This document shows, one piece after another, positions 15,728 through 24,801 of a stretch of 59,799 nt of DNA. A program made the position numbers and the translations under genes. Every line of letters begins with the position of its first letter. Within the stretch, counting starts at the first letter, position 1. This DNA comes from a virus (taxonomy: Duplodnaviria; Caudoviricetes), in IMG/VR virus record IMGVR_UViG_3300021964_000069, positions 1 to 59,799 of that record; one strand, given 5' to 3'. The notes under the pieces were generated by a model. The model had not been told where the DNA came from, made no database searches, and worked only from the letters and a program-made list of their open reading frames with translations.

Positions 15728-16035
15728 TGCCTGCTAAAAAAACTACTCGGCGAAAACCGCCTGCTCCATCAAAAAAGAAATCTTTAGGATATTACTCTAA
15801 AGTAAAAAAAGGAGGAGGTAGAGGAGCTAAAGCTGGTGGTGGTATGACTGCAAAAGGTGTTGCTAAATATCGTAAAGATAATCCAGGCAGCAAGCTTAAA
15901 ACCGCGGTAACCACTCCGCCTTCAAAGCTTAAAAAAGGTAGTAAAGCAGCAAAGCGTAGAAAATCATTCTGTGCGAGATCTAAAGGCTGGACTTCAGAAA
16001 GAGGTAGAGCTGCTAGGCGTAAATGGAACTGCTAA
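15727..16035 (+). CDS. Small highly basic phage protein
   Basis: GGMTAKGVAKYRKDNPGSKLKTAVT...RRKSFCARS...ARRKWNC, a motif family recalled from marine phages. Confidence 0.8.
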   Translation: MPAKKTTRRKPPAPSKKKSLGYYSKVKKGGGRGAKAGGGMTAKGVAKYRKDNPGSKLKTAVTTPPSKLKKGSKAAKRRKSFCARSKGWTSERGRAARRKWNC

Positions 16036-16063
16036 TATAATAAATTAAATTAAATCTAATTAA

Positions 16064-17644
16064 ATGGCACAATTTGGTGGGCCTAAACTTGTCAAAAAAA
16101 TGTATTTTGATGGTGAGGCTAAGGAGAAACTAATTAATGGAATAAATAAAATAGCTAATGCCGTAGGCTCCACATTAGGAGCTAGCGGTAAAACTGTTAT
16201 TATAGAAGACGACTTCGGTGGTCCTCAAGTTACTAAAGATGGTGTAACCGTCGCTAACAGTATTTTATTACAGAGTCCGGTAGAAAACCTAGCGGTATCT
16301 ATGATGAAACAAGCTGCCCAAAAAACAGCTACTGTGGCCGGAGATGGTACAACAACATCTATAGTTTTAACAAAAGCTATTATTGAAAACTATTATTTTA
16401 AAAAGGGCGAAAAGCATTCTTTTAGGGATATTAAAGCCGGTATGGAAGCTTATAAAGACCATATCATTAATATACTTAATAAGAAAGCAATTCCTGTTAA
16501 AAATAAGCAATTAACTCAAGTTGCAACTATTTCTGCTAATAATGATGTAGAGCTAGGGGAAACCATAGCTAAAGCATTTACTGAAGCCGGTAATAATGGC
16601 GTGGTGGCAATGGAAACATCGCCAAGCAATGAAACTTATGTTACCTCTGTACAAGGAACTAAAATAGGTAGTACGGCTAAAAGTCCGCATTTTTATACTA
16701 ATGCCGAAAAAGAAATAACTGAACTTGAGAATCCTCTTGTATTTATTAGCGCATCGGATATACCAAATATGCGTAAAATCCAAGATATTCTGGAGTATGC
16801 GATAAAGTCCAATCGCTCTATACTCCTAGTTGCCCCATTAGAATCGCAGCCGCTAGCTGCACTGTCTATGAATAAAGTAAAGGGCAACATTAAAGTCAAC
16901 GTTGTAGATCCACCTAGTTTTGGACTTAAGAGAAAAGATATACTAGATGATCTTGCGTTGCTTGTCGGGGCTAAAGTTTTTGACGAAAGCCTGGGTGATT
17001 CAATTGATGCAATCACCCCTGACATGCTAGGAACAGCCGATAAGGCTATCTCAGATAAAGATGGTACTGTACTTATTGTTGAAAACAAGCCTGAAGAAGT
17101 GCAGGAAAGAATTAAGTATTTAAAATCTGTTCTTGAAAAAGAAGACCATCACGTTATGACTCGGCATTTAAATGACAGACTTGCATTATTATCAGGAGGT
17201 GTTTCTGTAATATATGTTGGTGCTGACACTGAAGTTGAGTTAAAAGAAAAACAAGACAGAGTAGATGATGCTATACACGCTGTACGTGCGGCTAAGAAAG
17301 AAGGCATTCTTCCTGGCGGCGGCAGTGCTTTAGCTTATGCTGCAGCAGCGGATTGGGAATTTAAAGGTACCGCCGGTTTTTTAACTGGCGTAGAAATACT
17401 CAGTAGAGCACTTGCAGCACCATTTACCAAAATACTTACAAATGCAGGCTTAGATCCTTCTGCTTATACACTAAACAAGTGGGGAGAAGGTATTGATGTT
17501 ACTTGCGGACAGAAAGAAGATATGATTAAAAAAGGTATTGTTGATCCATTAATGGTCACAAAAACCGCTTTAAATAATTCTGTATCTGTTGCTTCTACTA
17601 TATTATCGACCGATTGTGTAATCAGTAATATACGTGAAGAATGA
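16064..17644 (+). CDS. groEL: Chaperonin GroEL (phage-encoded)
   Basis: VTKDGVTVA, AGDGTTT, VATISANND, LSGGV.VI.VGA.TEVELKEK.DRVDDA.HA.RAA..EGI.PGGG, GIVDP; no GGM tail. Confidence 0.97.
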   Translation: MAQFGGPKLVKKMYFDGEAKEKLINGINKIANAVGSTLGASGKTVIIEDDFGGPQVTKDGVTVANSILLQSPVENLAVSMMKQAAQKTATVAGDGTTTSIVLTKAIIENYYFKKGEKHSFRDIKAGMEAYKDHIINILNKKAIPVKNKQLTQVATISANNDVELGETIAKAFTEAGNNGVVAMETSPSNETYVTSVQGTKIGSTAKSPHFYTNAEKEITELENPLVFISASDIPNMRKIQDILEYAIKSNRSILLVAPLESQPLAALSMNKVKGNIKVNVVDPPSFGLKRKDILDDLALLVGAKVFDESLGDSIDAITPDMLGTADKAISDKDGTVLIVENKPEEVQERIKYLKSVLEKEDHHVMTRHLNDRLALLSGGVSVIYVGADTEVELKEKQDRVDDAIHAVRAAKKEGILPGGGSALAYAAAADWEFKGTAGFLTGVEILSRALAAPFTKILTNAGLDPSAYTLNKWGEGIDVTCGQKEDMIKKGIVDPLMVTKTALNNSVSVASTILSTDCVISNIREE

Positions 17645-17895
17645 AAGCTGTAGGTAACTATTTGATAGTCAAAGAAATAGAAGAAAATATTACAAAAACT
17701 TCCGGCGGACTGGAGCTAGCTGAAAAGCATAGAGACGATCTACGATACAAAAAAGGTATCGTGGTGTCATCGGGCCCTGAAGCAATACAAAAAGATCAAG
17801 AAATACTTTACGATAAAATAGCTGGGCACAATGTTGAAAGCGCGGGAACAATATTTAAAGTTATCCAGCTTCGTGATGTTGTTGCTATTTTGTAA
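17641..17895 (+). CDS. groES: Co-chaperonin GroES
   Basis: KAVGNYLIVK...KTSGGLEL (mobile loop)...GIVVSSG...DVVAIL; ATGA overlap with groEL. Confidence 0.9.
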   Translation: MKAVGNYLIVKEIEENITKTSGGLELAEKHRDDLRYKKGIVVSSGPEAIQKDQEILYDKIAGHNVESAGTIFKVIQLRDVVAIL

Positions 17896-18344
17896 TGGAC
17901 CGATCCGATTTTGTAGAAAGAGGTGAACTAAAAGTAGATTTTCTTAAAAACTATAGGCTTGTTTCTCGCTGGGCCTGTAAGAATAATGATTTAAGTGTAG
18001 CTGACTTAGAATTACTATTTTATTTAGATCCTATAATATATTTTACTATTGACGATTTTAAAGATGGTACTTTATATTATTCGTGGGATAAAACTAGATT
18101 TTATCGTTTACAAAAAGAAGGATGGGTAGATAAAGTGCATACAGGTAAGGGAAGAGTTGGTGATCATAATAAATATAAAATTAGTTATAAAGGTAAAATA
18201 TTAATTAATAGAATATATAAGATATTAATTGGTCAAGAAGATTTACCGGAGTCAACTAAGCGCAATGTAATCATGAAAAGAAATAGCTATATAGATAAAG
18301 TATATAGCCAAGCAATAAAAAAATTTAACAAACAAAAAAAATAA
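17895..18344 (+). CDS. Winged-helix-like (MarR-like) protein
   Basis: LSVADLELLFYL...RLQKEGWV...YKISYKGK pattern. Confidence 0.55.
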   Translation: MDRSDFVERGELKVDFLKNYRLVSRWACKNNDLSVADLELLFYLDPIIYFTIDDFKDGTLYYSWDKTRFYRLQKEGWVDKVHTGKGRVGDHNKYKISYKGKILINRIYKILIGQEDLPESTKRNVIMKRNSYIDKVYSQAIKKFNKQKK

Positions 18345-18347
18345 AAA

Positions 18348-18704
18348 ATGGGATTTTTAGCTATAACTCCTTCAATTGATGCAAATACAGGTGAGGTTAC
18401 TTACTCTTCAGCTGTGCCTGCTAATGGCGTTAAAGTCATTGGCGTTGTATTAAGAGAATTTATGACAAACGGTCCTGCTAAACTATCTAACGGTTTATAT
18501 GATACAACCGTAGGTAATTTAGTTTACGACGTAAAAGTAAGACCAAATAGTGTTACAGCTACAATTACTGTAACTAGTGGCGGTAACGATTATTCTATAA
18601 TTGTATTTAAAACGCCTGAAGGTATAAAACAAGAATACAAATTTGCTACAGGCGATACTATTAAAGTGAATGGAGTTGTAGCAGCATTAATAACAGACGC
18701 ATAA
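18348..18704 (+). CDS. Hypothetical beta-rich (likely virion) protein
   Basis: 118 aa, T/V/G-rich, at the start of the structural module. Confidence 0.65.
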   Translation: MGFLAITPSIDANTGEVTYSSAVPANGVKVIGVVLREFMTNGPAKLSNGLYDTTVGNLVYDVKVRPNSVTATITVTSGGNDYSIIVFKTPEGIKQEYKFATGDTIKVNGVVAALITDA

Positions 18705-18708
18705 GATC

Positions 18709-18843
18709 ATGAAAAATAAAAAAGTAAGCTTATTAGGAGATGGTAAAAATTTATGCGGTTGTTCTGGAAAATGCAGCTGTATGGATCCTATAACAAGAAA
18801 AGTAAAAAACAATAGTAACGGAACTTTATTAAAAAATAAATAA
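18709..18843 (+). CDS. Small Cys-cluster peptide (44 aa, not in ORF track)
   Basis: MKNKKVSLLGDGKNLCGCSGKCSCMDPITRK...; TAATG overlap with the next gene. Confidence 0.55.
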   Translation: MKNKKVSLLGDGKNLCGCSGKCSCMDPITRKVKNNSNGTLLKNK

Positions 18844-20963
18844 TGGCAAGAATCAGTACGTACACCATAGACTCTCTTGTAGAAGGTGGCGATAAGCTTT
18901 TAGGCACTGATGCCAACTCAAGTTCCGCATTAGCAACTAAAAATTATACGATAGATAGCCTTAAGGACTATATATTAAGTGATTCTACTGAAAGTAAAAT
19001 CACTGATGTAGTGCCCCTTGGCTTTTCTCTTTCTGTAAATAGAGAAGGCAATGCCTACGAAAAATCTTTAATAAGAACACTTTCAAGTTCTGTACTTACA
19101 AATGTTGTTTTAAAAGATGCAACAACTAATACAGGGTGTGATATATATCTTAACACACTTGGTACAGGTCAAGTATTTTTAGTTATTAGAGATTATAATG
19201 ACGGGCAATTTGCTTTAGATTATGACTTAGCTGATTTTGCAAATAATTCAGCAACGTTTACCGGTGTTCTTGGTGGGGTAACCTATACAGGCACCGTTAC
19301 TTCATTTAATGCACCTACATTTACTTCCGCTTCTGTAGAGCCTAATGTTACACAATATACTGTAAATGGCAACGCAAAGTATACGGATTGGTGCTTTAAT
19401 GTTACTTTAGATCAAGTATATTCTGGTGGCCAAGTGGCTTTTACTGAATTTACATTTTTAACCGGTGTGCAACAAATTGAAACTCAAGTAATTGGTGATT
19501 TAAAAATTACTAGAGATTTAATTATTGATTCGGGTGATGTAGTTATTGGTACTGATAATCCAAACAATGATCCAAGATCATTAACAGTGCACGGCCCTAT
19601 AAATGTAAAAGACAGCGAATCATCTATTGTATTTGGAGATACAGATCCTAATGTTACTTTAGCAACAGACGGATCAAACTTAACAATATCAGGTAATGGT
19701 AATACCATTGTATCTAATAATACTAGATTTACAAATGATATTGTTAGAGATTCAAATACAGACGCTGCTGACGGCAGAACAATAATGGGGCAAAATGAAT
19801 TCACCGCTATTGCTACAGATGGCACACGAGCTGTTTACGGCGCTTCTGGCGTATCTTTACAGAATTCATCAGGTATTGAAACTGGAGCACAAATAAAACC
19901 AATTGAGGGCAACCCAGCGAGTATTTCTGGTTTAACAGAACAAGGGCTTCTTTCTCAATTACAAATTGGTGATGATTACTTTAATCTTCCTGAGTTAGCT
20001 TCAGGTGTTGCGGCTGCACTGCCTGGGCTTTCAGAGCAATTAGCTGGACCTTCTGGTAGCATTACTGTTGGAAGATTATTTTATGGTATACGTCAAAGTA
20101 ATGGTGCTTTATTCCAGGCCGCAACTTCGCCGGCTACAATAGCAGGCATTAATATTACATCAGGTAATACTTCTGTTGTATTGTCTCAATCTGACTTTAC
20201 GACTATGGAAACTATATTTGATGCTACGCCTTCCACACAAGCTTTATACTTTGTGGAAGATACTTATGTAGCAGCTTTTCCATCTGTGAACGGATTAATA
20301 AACGATACGTCTGTAAATATATATCAAATAGTAGCTGTAAATGAATCTAATTTAACAGTTACATTTGGTAAGCAGGGCGATGGTATACTAACAATTAATA
20401 CTAGCGAAGTAAATATTAATTCCGAAGTATTAAAGTTAAATGATATACCGCAAGCTTCAAAATCAAGCTATTTGCAATTTGACCCCTCTACTAAAGAAGT
20501 GTCTCATAATGCACTGCAAATATTAGCCACGGCTAATGGCGCTACATATGATTATAATGCTTTAGTTGATGTTGCTGTAAATTCAATAAACTTTGATAAT
20601 TTACAAATTACAGCGCCAGCTAATGGGCAGGTTGTAATAAAGCAAGGCTATGCATATGGTGGAGCTTTAACTTCCAGCACTACAGCAGCTGTTTGGAATT
20701 TATACATATTAAGTAACATAACGTCAGATAGCACACTAACTTTACCAGCTGGTAATGAAGGTGATAGTATAAAAGTTACCAATATGTCAGCTTTTGATAG
20801 CAATGGCAATTATGCTGTGCCAACATATACTTGGACAATAAATCCTAACGGATCTGAAAAAATAATGAGAGCAAACACTTTAGTGCTCGATGAATCAACC
20901 TCATCTTTTGAATTGTATTATACTGATGCTGCAAACGGTTGGGTAATAAATGGAATTAGCTAA
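18843..20963 (+). CDS. Tail fibre / virion structural protein
   Basis: N-terminal MARISTY..D...GGDKLLGTD anchor shared with 24082; T/S/G/N-rich; C-terminal TLTLP...GDSI.V...W module typical of fibres. Confidence 0.75.
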   Translation: MARISTYTIDSLVEGGDKLLGTDANSSSALATKNYTIDSLKDYILSDSTESKITDVVPLGFSLSVNREGNAYEKSLIRTLSSSVLTNVVLKDATTNTGCDIYLNTLGTGQVFLVIRDYNDGQFALDYDLADFANNSATFTGVLGGVTYTGTVTSFNAPTFTSASVEPNVTQYTVNGNAKYTDWCFNVTLDQVYSGGQVAFTEFTFLTGVQQIETQVIGDLKITRDLIIDSGDVVIGTDNPNNDPRSLTVHGPINVKDSESSIVFGDTDPNVTLATDGSNLTISGNGNTIVSNNTRFTNDIVRDSNTDAADGRTIMGQNEFTAIATDGTRAVYGASGVSLQNSSGIETGAQIKPIEGNPASISGLTEQGLLSQLQIGDDYFNLPELASGVAAALPGLSEQLAGPSGSITVGRLFYGIRQSNGALFQAATSPATIAGINITSGNTSVVLSQSDFTTMETIFDATPSTQALYFVEDTYVAAFPSVNGLINDTSVNIYQIVAVNESNLTVTFGKQGDGILTINTSEVNINSEVLKLNDIPQASKSSYLQFDPSTKEVSHNALQILATANGATYDYNALVDVAVNSINFDNLQITAPANGQVVIKQGYAYGGALTSSTTAAVWNLYILSNITSDSTLTLPAGNEGDSIKVTNMSAFDSNGNYAVPTYTWTINPNGSEKIMRANTLVLDESTSSFELYYTDAANGWVINGIS

Positions 20964-21277
20964 TGGGACTAACAATAGATTTACCAAGCGCTGGTCTTCT
21001 AGGAATTACCAACGCAACAGGAAACGTAATAAGTACGACAGCTACATTAAATGTTAACTCTGTTAATATTTTAGATGGTAGTGTTAATTATACTGTAACA
21101 TTGCCAAGCATAAGCTTAAATGCGGGTGATGAAGTTGTGCTTAAGAAAGTGGGAACCGCTACTGTAACAATTGCTTCAGCAACAATAGAAGGTGTAAGCC
21201 AATCGATAACAATTACAAATAATCAACCAATTAGATGTCTATATGTTAATGGAACATTTGGTTGGGCAATAACATAA
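20963..21277 (+). CDS. Small tail-fibre-like protein
   Basis: YTVTLPS...AGDEVVLKK...TIEG...GW module. Confidence 0.7.
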   Translation: MGLTIDLPSAGLLGITNATGNVISTTATLNVNSVNILDGSVNYTVTLPSISLNAGDEVVLKKVGTATVTIASATIEGVSQSITITNNQPIRCLYVNGTFGWAIT

Positions 21278-21281
21278 AGCT

Positions 21282-21485
21282 ATGCCAGATATTTCAACAT
21301 TTTATCCGGGAGCATCTGCAGCAAACCCTATAAATAATTCTACAGATGCGGTAAATGCAACTACTGCTACAAATGTAGATGATCAAAATCAAACACAAAA
21401 CGCTCTTGTTTGGACCGGTACAGCTGCTGAATACGCCGCTATTGGTTCTAAAGATGCAAATACACTCTATTTCGTACTAGCATAA
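21282..21485 (+). CDS. Small tail fibre adaptor-like protein
   Basis: C-terminal WTGTAAEYAAIGSKDANTLYFV motif. Confidence 0.7.
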   Translation: MPDISTFYPGASAANPINNSTDAVNATTATNVDDQNQTQNALVWTGTAAEYAAIGSKDANTLYFVLA

Positions 21486-22714
21486 TGCCATTATATAAAG
21501 GAACTAGCGAGATTACCGGGGGAAACTTATATAAAGGGACTACTGAGGTTGAAGATGGATACAAGGGTACAAATTTGTTTTATGAAAACCAAACAACCGT
21601 TTCATGGGGCACTCCTACAGGACAAGGATATACCTATTCAGTACCATCACCTCAAACTTCAACAGGAGATGCAGGAGCTTCTATACCTACAACTACTTTA
21701 ACAATAACATCCGCAGGATATAATTTACAAGGTACTGCAAGCGTTTCTGGATTACCACCTGGTATAACTGTATTAAGTCAAACAAATAGCGGAGGCGGAT
21801 TAAACAACACTATTACTATTACGTTAACTGGAACATATCCAGACAGTAGCTATACTAATGTTGTATTAAATATTACAGGTTTAACTGCTTCTACAAATTA
21901 TGACGCACATTTCTTAATGATAGGAGGTGGTGGAACCAATATTGGATCTGCTGCAGGAGGATTAAGAACCTCATGGGGATCTGCCTCAGGGGGAGGAAGT
22001 GCCGCAGAAAGTCAGCTTTCTTTGCAAGCAGGAACAACTTATACTATAAGTATAGCGGGACATACTGTTGTTGAATCTTATACGTGGAATACAGGTTCAG
22101 GAATAACATACTTTTCTAAAAAAGGTGGTAACGCTAGCATTGTTGGTGGGTCAATTAATAAATCTGTTGAAGGTGGTGCAAACGGTTGGACGGTTCACCC
22201 AGATCCCGGGCAAACTAATCAAAACTTACAGTACAGAGAAATGGACGGAGCCGACGGAGGCTGTGGAGGAGGTGCTAGAACATGGTCAACTAATCTAGAC
22301 TATCATTCCAAAGTTGGCGGTAATGGTAATGCTAATGAAGGTTTTGACGGTGGTTCGGTTAACAACGTTAGAAACGGACAGGCTCGTGCCGGTGGAGGAG
22401 GAACAGCTTCTGCGGGTGGAGATGTAGCTACTTGCAGTGGGTGCGGAACACTTACGGGAACTGCAGGAACGGCATTGGCTGTATCAATAACAGGATCTAC
22501 TTATTATTATGGATCTGGATTTGGTTCAGGCCAGCTGTACACTAATAATTATGGTTCTGCTCAAGGAGGCACGCAGGAATCAGGTAATGGAGGAACTGTT
22601 ATTTTAAGAGTACCAACTTCTAGTTTAGGAACTCCAACAGGCACTTATACGACTTCTACATCAGGTAGTGATACAATAATCCAGTGGACTGGAAGCGGAT
22701 CTTACACTGCATAA
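21485..22714 (+). CDS. Tail fibre/adhesin with Ig-like and glycine-rich domains
   Basis: LYKGT N-terminal repeats, SGLPPGIT Ig-like segment, Gly-rich domain (AGGLRTS...GNGGTVILR). Confidence 0.75.
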   Translation: MPLYKGTSEITGGNLYKGTTEVEDGYKGTNLFYENQTTVSWGTPTGQGYTYSVPSPQTSTGDAGASIPTTTLTITSAGYNLQGTASVSGLPPGITVLSQTNSGGGLNNTITITLTGTYPDSSYTNVVLNITGLTASTNYDAHFLMIGGGGTNIGSAAGGLRTSWGSASGGGSAAESQLSLQAGTTYTISIAGHTVVESYTWNTGSGITYFSKKGGNASIVGGSINKSVEGGANGWTVHPDPGQTNQNLQYREMDGADGGCGGGARTWSTNLDYHSKVGGNGNANEGFDGGSVNNVRNGQARAGGGGTASAGGDVATCSGCGTLTGTAGTALAVSITGSTYYYGSGFGSGQLYTNNYGSAQGGTQESGNGGTVILRVPTSSLGTPTGTYTTSTSGSDTIIQWTGSGSYTA

Positions 22715-22731
22715 TTTTAAAATTTAATTAA

Positions 22732-22941
22732 ATGAAATTATTTATAAAAAAAGGGCACGGGAATTGTGAAGCATTAAATACCAAAGGTATTAATGTAGAA
22801 ATAATAGACATAAGCGAACCTAGCTATGACGGAATTGTTTCAGTACAATTACCTTTATTGCAATTTGAAAACGGTATACAACTTATAGGAGATCCCGTAA
22901 TAGCCAATGTATTTGAACAAATAAGAAAACATCAAAAATAA
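22732..22941 (+). CDS. Glutaredoxin/NrdH-like fold protein with HxxC
   Basis: MKLFIKKGHGNCEAL..KGINVEIIDIS...VQLPLLQFENG..LIG follows the Grx pattern. Confidence 0.5.
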   Translation: MKLFIKKGHGNCEALNTKGINVEIIDISEPSYDGIVSVQLPLLQFENGIQLIGDPVIANVFEQIRKHQK

Positions 22942-22944
22942 AAA

Positions 22945-23328
22945 ATGGCAAATTTAACAAACATAATAGGTGGCCAGCCATACTATGATGCAGCGAATGC
23001 TAATTCAGAATCTTTATTAAGCTTTTGGAAAGGTACACAGGCTCAATATGATGGCTTAAAACAAACCAGTGCAACAACAACTGGTAATCCATCAGCTGCT
23101 TCTTCTGTAACTTTTACCGTTACATCATCATCTATTTTTACAGTAAATGATGTTGTTCATGTTACAGGCACATCAGGAAATACAACAAGAACGCAAGGAA
23201 CTGTTTCTGCAGTGCCCGATGGGACTTCTGTTACAATAGATTTTACTCCTGCGTATACATCAGCTGCTTCTACAGGATATCAAATAGATCTTTATGACGC
23301 TAATACATTTTATATTATAATACCATAA
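22945..23328 (+). CDS. Tail fibre adaptor-like protein with inserted beta domain
   Basis: WKGTQAQYDGL ... YDANTFYII, the same motif as 21282 but split by an insert. Confidence 0.65.
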   Translation: MANLTNIIGGQPYYDAANANSESLLSFWKGTQAQYDGLKQTSATTTGNPSAASSVTFTVTSSSIFTVNDVVHVTGTSGNTTRTQGTVSAVPDGTSVTIDFTPAYTSAASTGYQIDLYDANTFYIIIP

Positions 23329-23329
23329 T

Positions 23330-24082
23330 ATGCCTTCTAATATACAACATGAAAATATATCCGATTTAAAATTAGGTATTGATACTGTTACCGGAGCATA
23401 TGTTGGGCATAATATTGTATATCCAAATCAAAGAGAAATAATAAGTGCTGCTTATACAGATACTTCTTTATTAGCAGCAAGTGGCGGAACTAGATATTTA
23501 AGAGTTACAGGTGAAATCGGTGCTACTTATGATTTAACAGGCGACGGTGCTGGTTCTTATATATTAGCTACGTCTCCTTATGACCAGCCTATAGTAATTA
23601 GTGCAAATGGTACGGCTCCTTGTTACACGGGTTCAAATAGAACAATTACAACAACATTAACGCCTACAAATTCTACAACAATACAAGGCGGAGCTTCTAA
23701 TATATCAGACGGATTTACTCAAGACGGTGGAACAGGTGTTGTTTCATTTACACCTTCTATAACAAAAAGCATTACAAATACAGTACGAGTAACAACTACT
23801 GTTAATGGTAATTTAAGATGGGCAACAGGAGCTGAATTTACAGTTTCTTTTACAGCTCCCTCAGATGCTACAAAAGTTGATTATTATTCAGCAGATGTTT
23901 ATGCTGTAGGCACTACATTTAGCTATTCAGGAACACAAACTGTAGCTAATACTGGAGGTAGCACATCATTTACAGCAACAATAACATCAGGAACTCCAGA
24001 TTATGTATATGCAAATATATACATATATGAGCAAAGCTGTTATTCTACATCAGATCAGGTTACAACTAATTTATATCCATAA
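23330..24082 (+). CDS. Tail fibre/adhesin protein
   Basis: N-terminal ISDLKLG...AYVG..IVY motif; T/S/G-rich beta domains. Confidence 0.7.
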   Translation: MPSNIQHENISDLKLGIDTVTGAYVGHNIVYPNQREIISAAYTDTSLLAASGGTRYLRVTGEIGATYDLTGDGAGSYILATSPYDQPIVISANGTAPCYTGSNRTITTTLTPTNSTTIQGGASNISDGFTQDGGTGVVSFTPSITKSITNTVRVTTTVNGNLRWATGAEFTVSFTAPSDATKVDYYSADVYAVGTTFSYSGTQTVANTGGSTSFTATITSGTPDYVYANIYIYEQSCYSTSDQVTTNLYP

Positions 24083-24795
24083 TGGCTAGAATAAAACAGT
24101 ATCCTTTAGATACCACTATCACTGGTGGGGATAAACTAGTAGGAACAGATGTAGGCAATAACAACGCAACCCGCTCATATCAAATTGAAACCATAGGTCA
24201 GTACTTTTCTAAAACAGGAAGTGCAGATGGTTCAAAGCTAGGGTTCCAATATAATTATGCGGGTGTTTATAACAATAATGCAATATCATCAGGTAATTTT
24301 AGATACAAAGTTGATCCTACAGCTCCAACTCAATATGGGTGGGCTAATATTACGGGTATTGCTATTTCAAGATATAATGTAAATCTTACTGATATAGCGC
24401 CTATAGTAGACTTATTTCAAAATCAAGTTATTAAAATAACTGATATAAGTGAGTCAGCGGCTACCAGCTATGGAGCGTATGAAATAACAGCAATAACAGC
24501 ATTATCAAATGCTTATTTATTTACATTATTACATAAAGGAAGCTCAGGTGATCCAACAGGATCATCAATAACAATAGCTAATACAGGTCTAGTAACTGCA
24601 GATAGATTTTTTACTTTTACACAATCAAGCGCTTCTGCTACTTGGACAATACAACATAACTTAGAAAAATATCCAAGCGTTACGGTAATTGATAGCGCTA
24701 ATGATGTAGTATACGGAAATACTACATATACAGACGAAAATAACTTAACAATAAATTTTTCCGCACCTTTTTCTGGAAAGGCTTACTTAAACTAA
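24082..24795 (+). CDS. Virion structural/tail protein
   Basis: N-terminus paralogous to 18843; C-terminal FTQSSASATWTIQHNLEKYPSVTVID...FSAPFSGKAYLN domain. Confidence 0.75.
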   Translation: MARIKQYPLDTTITGGDKLVGTDVGNNNATRSYQIETIGQYFSKTGSADGSKLGFQYNYAGVYNNNAISSGNFRYKVDPTAPTQYGWANITGIAISRYNVNLTDIAPIVDLFQNQVIKITDISESAATSYGAYEITAITALSNAYLFTLLHKGSSGDPTGSSITIANTGLVTADRFFTFTQSSASATWTIQHNLEKYPSVTVIDSANDVVYGNTTYTDENNLTINFSAPFSGKAYLN

Positions 24796-24801
24796 AAAAA
24801 A

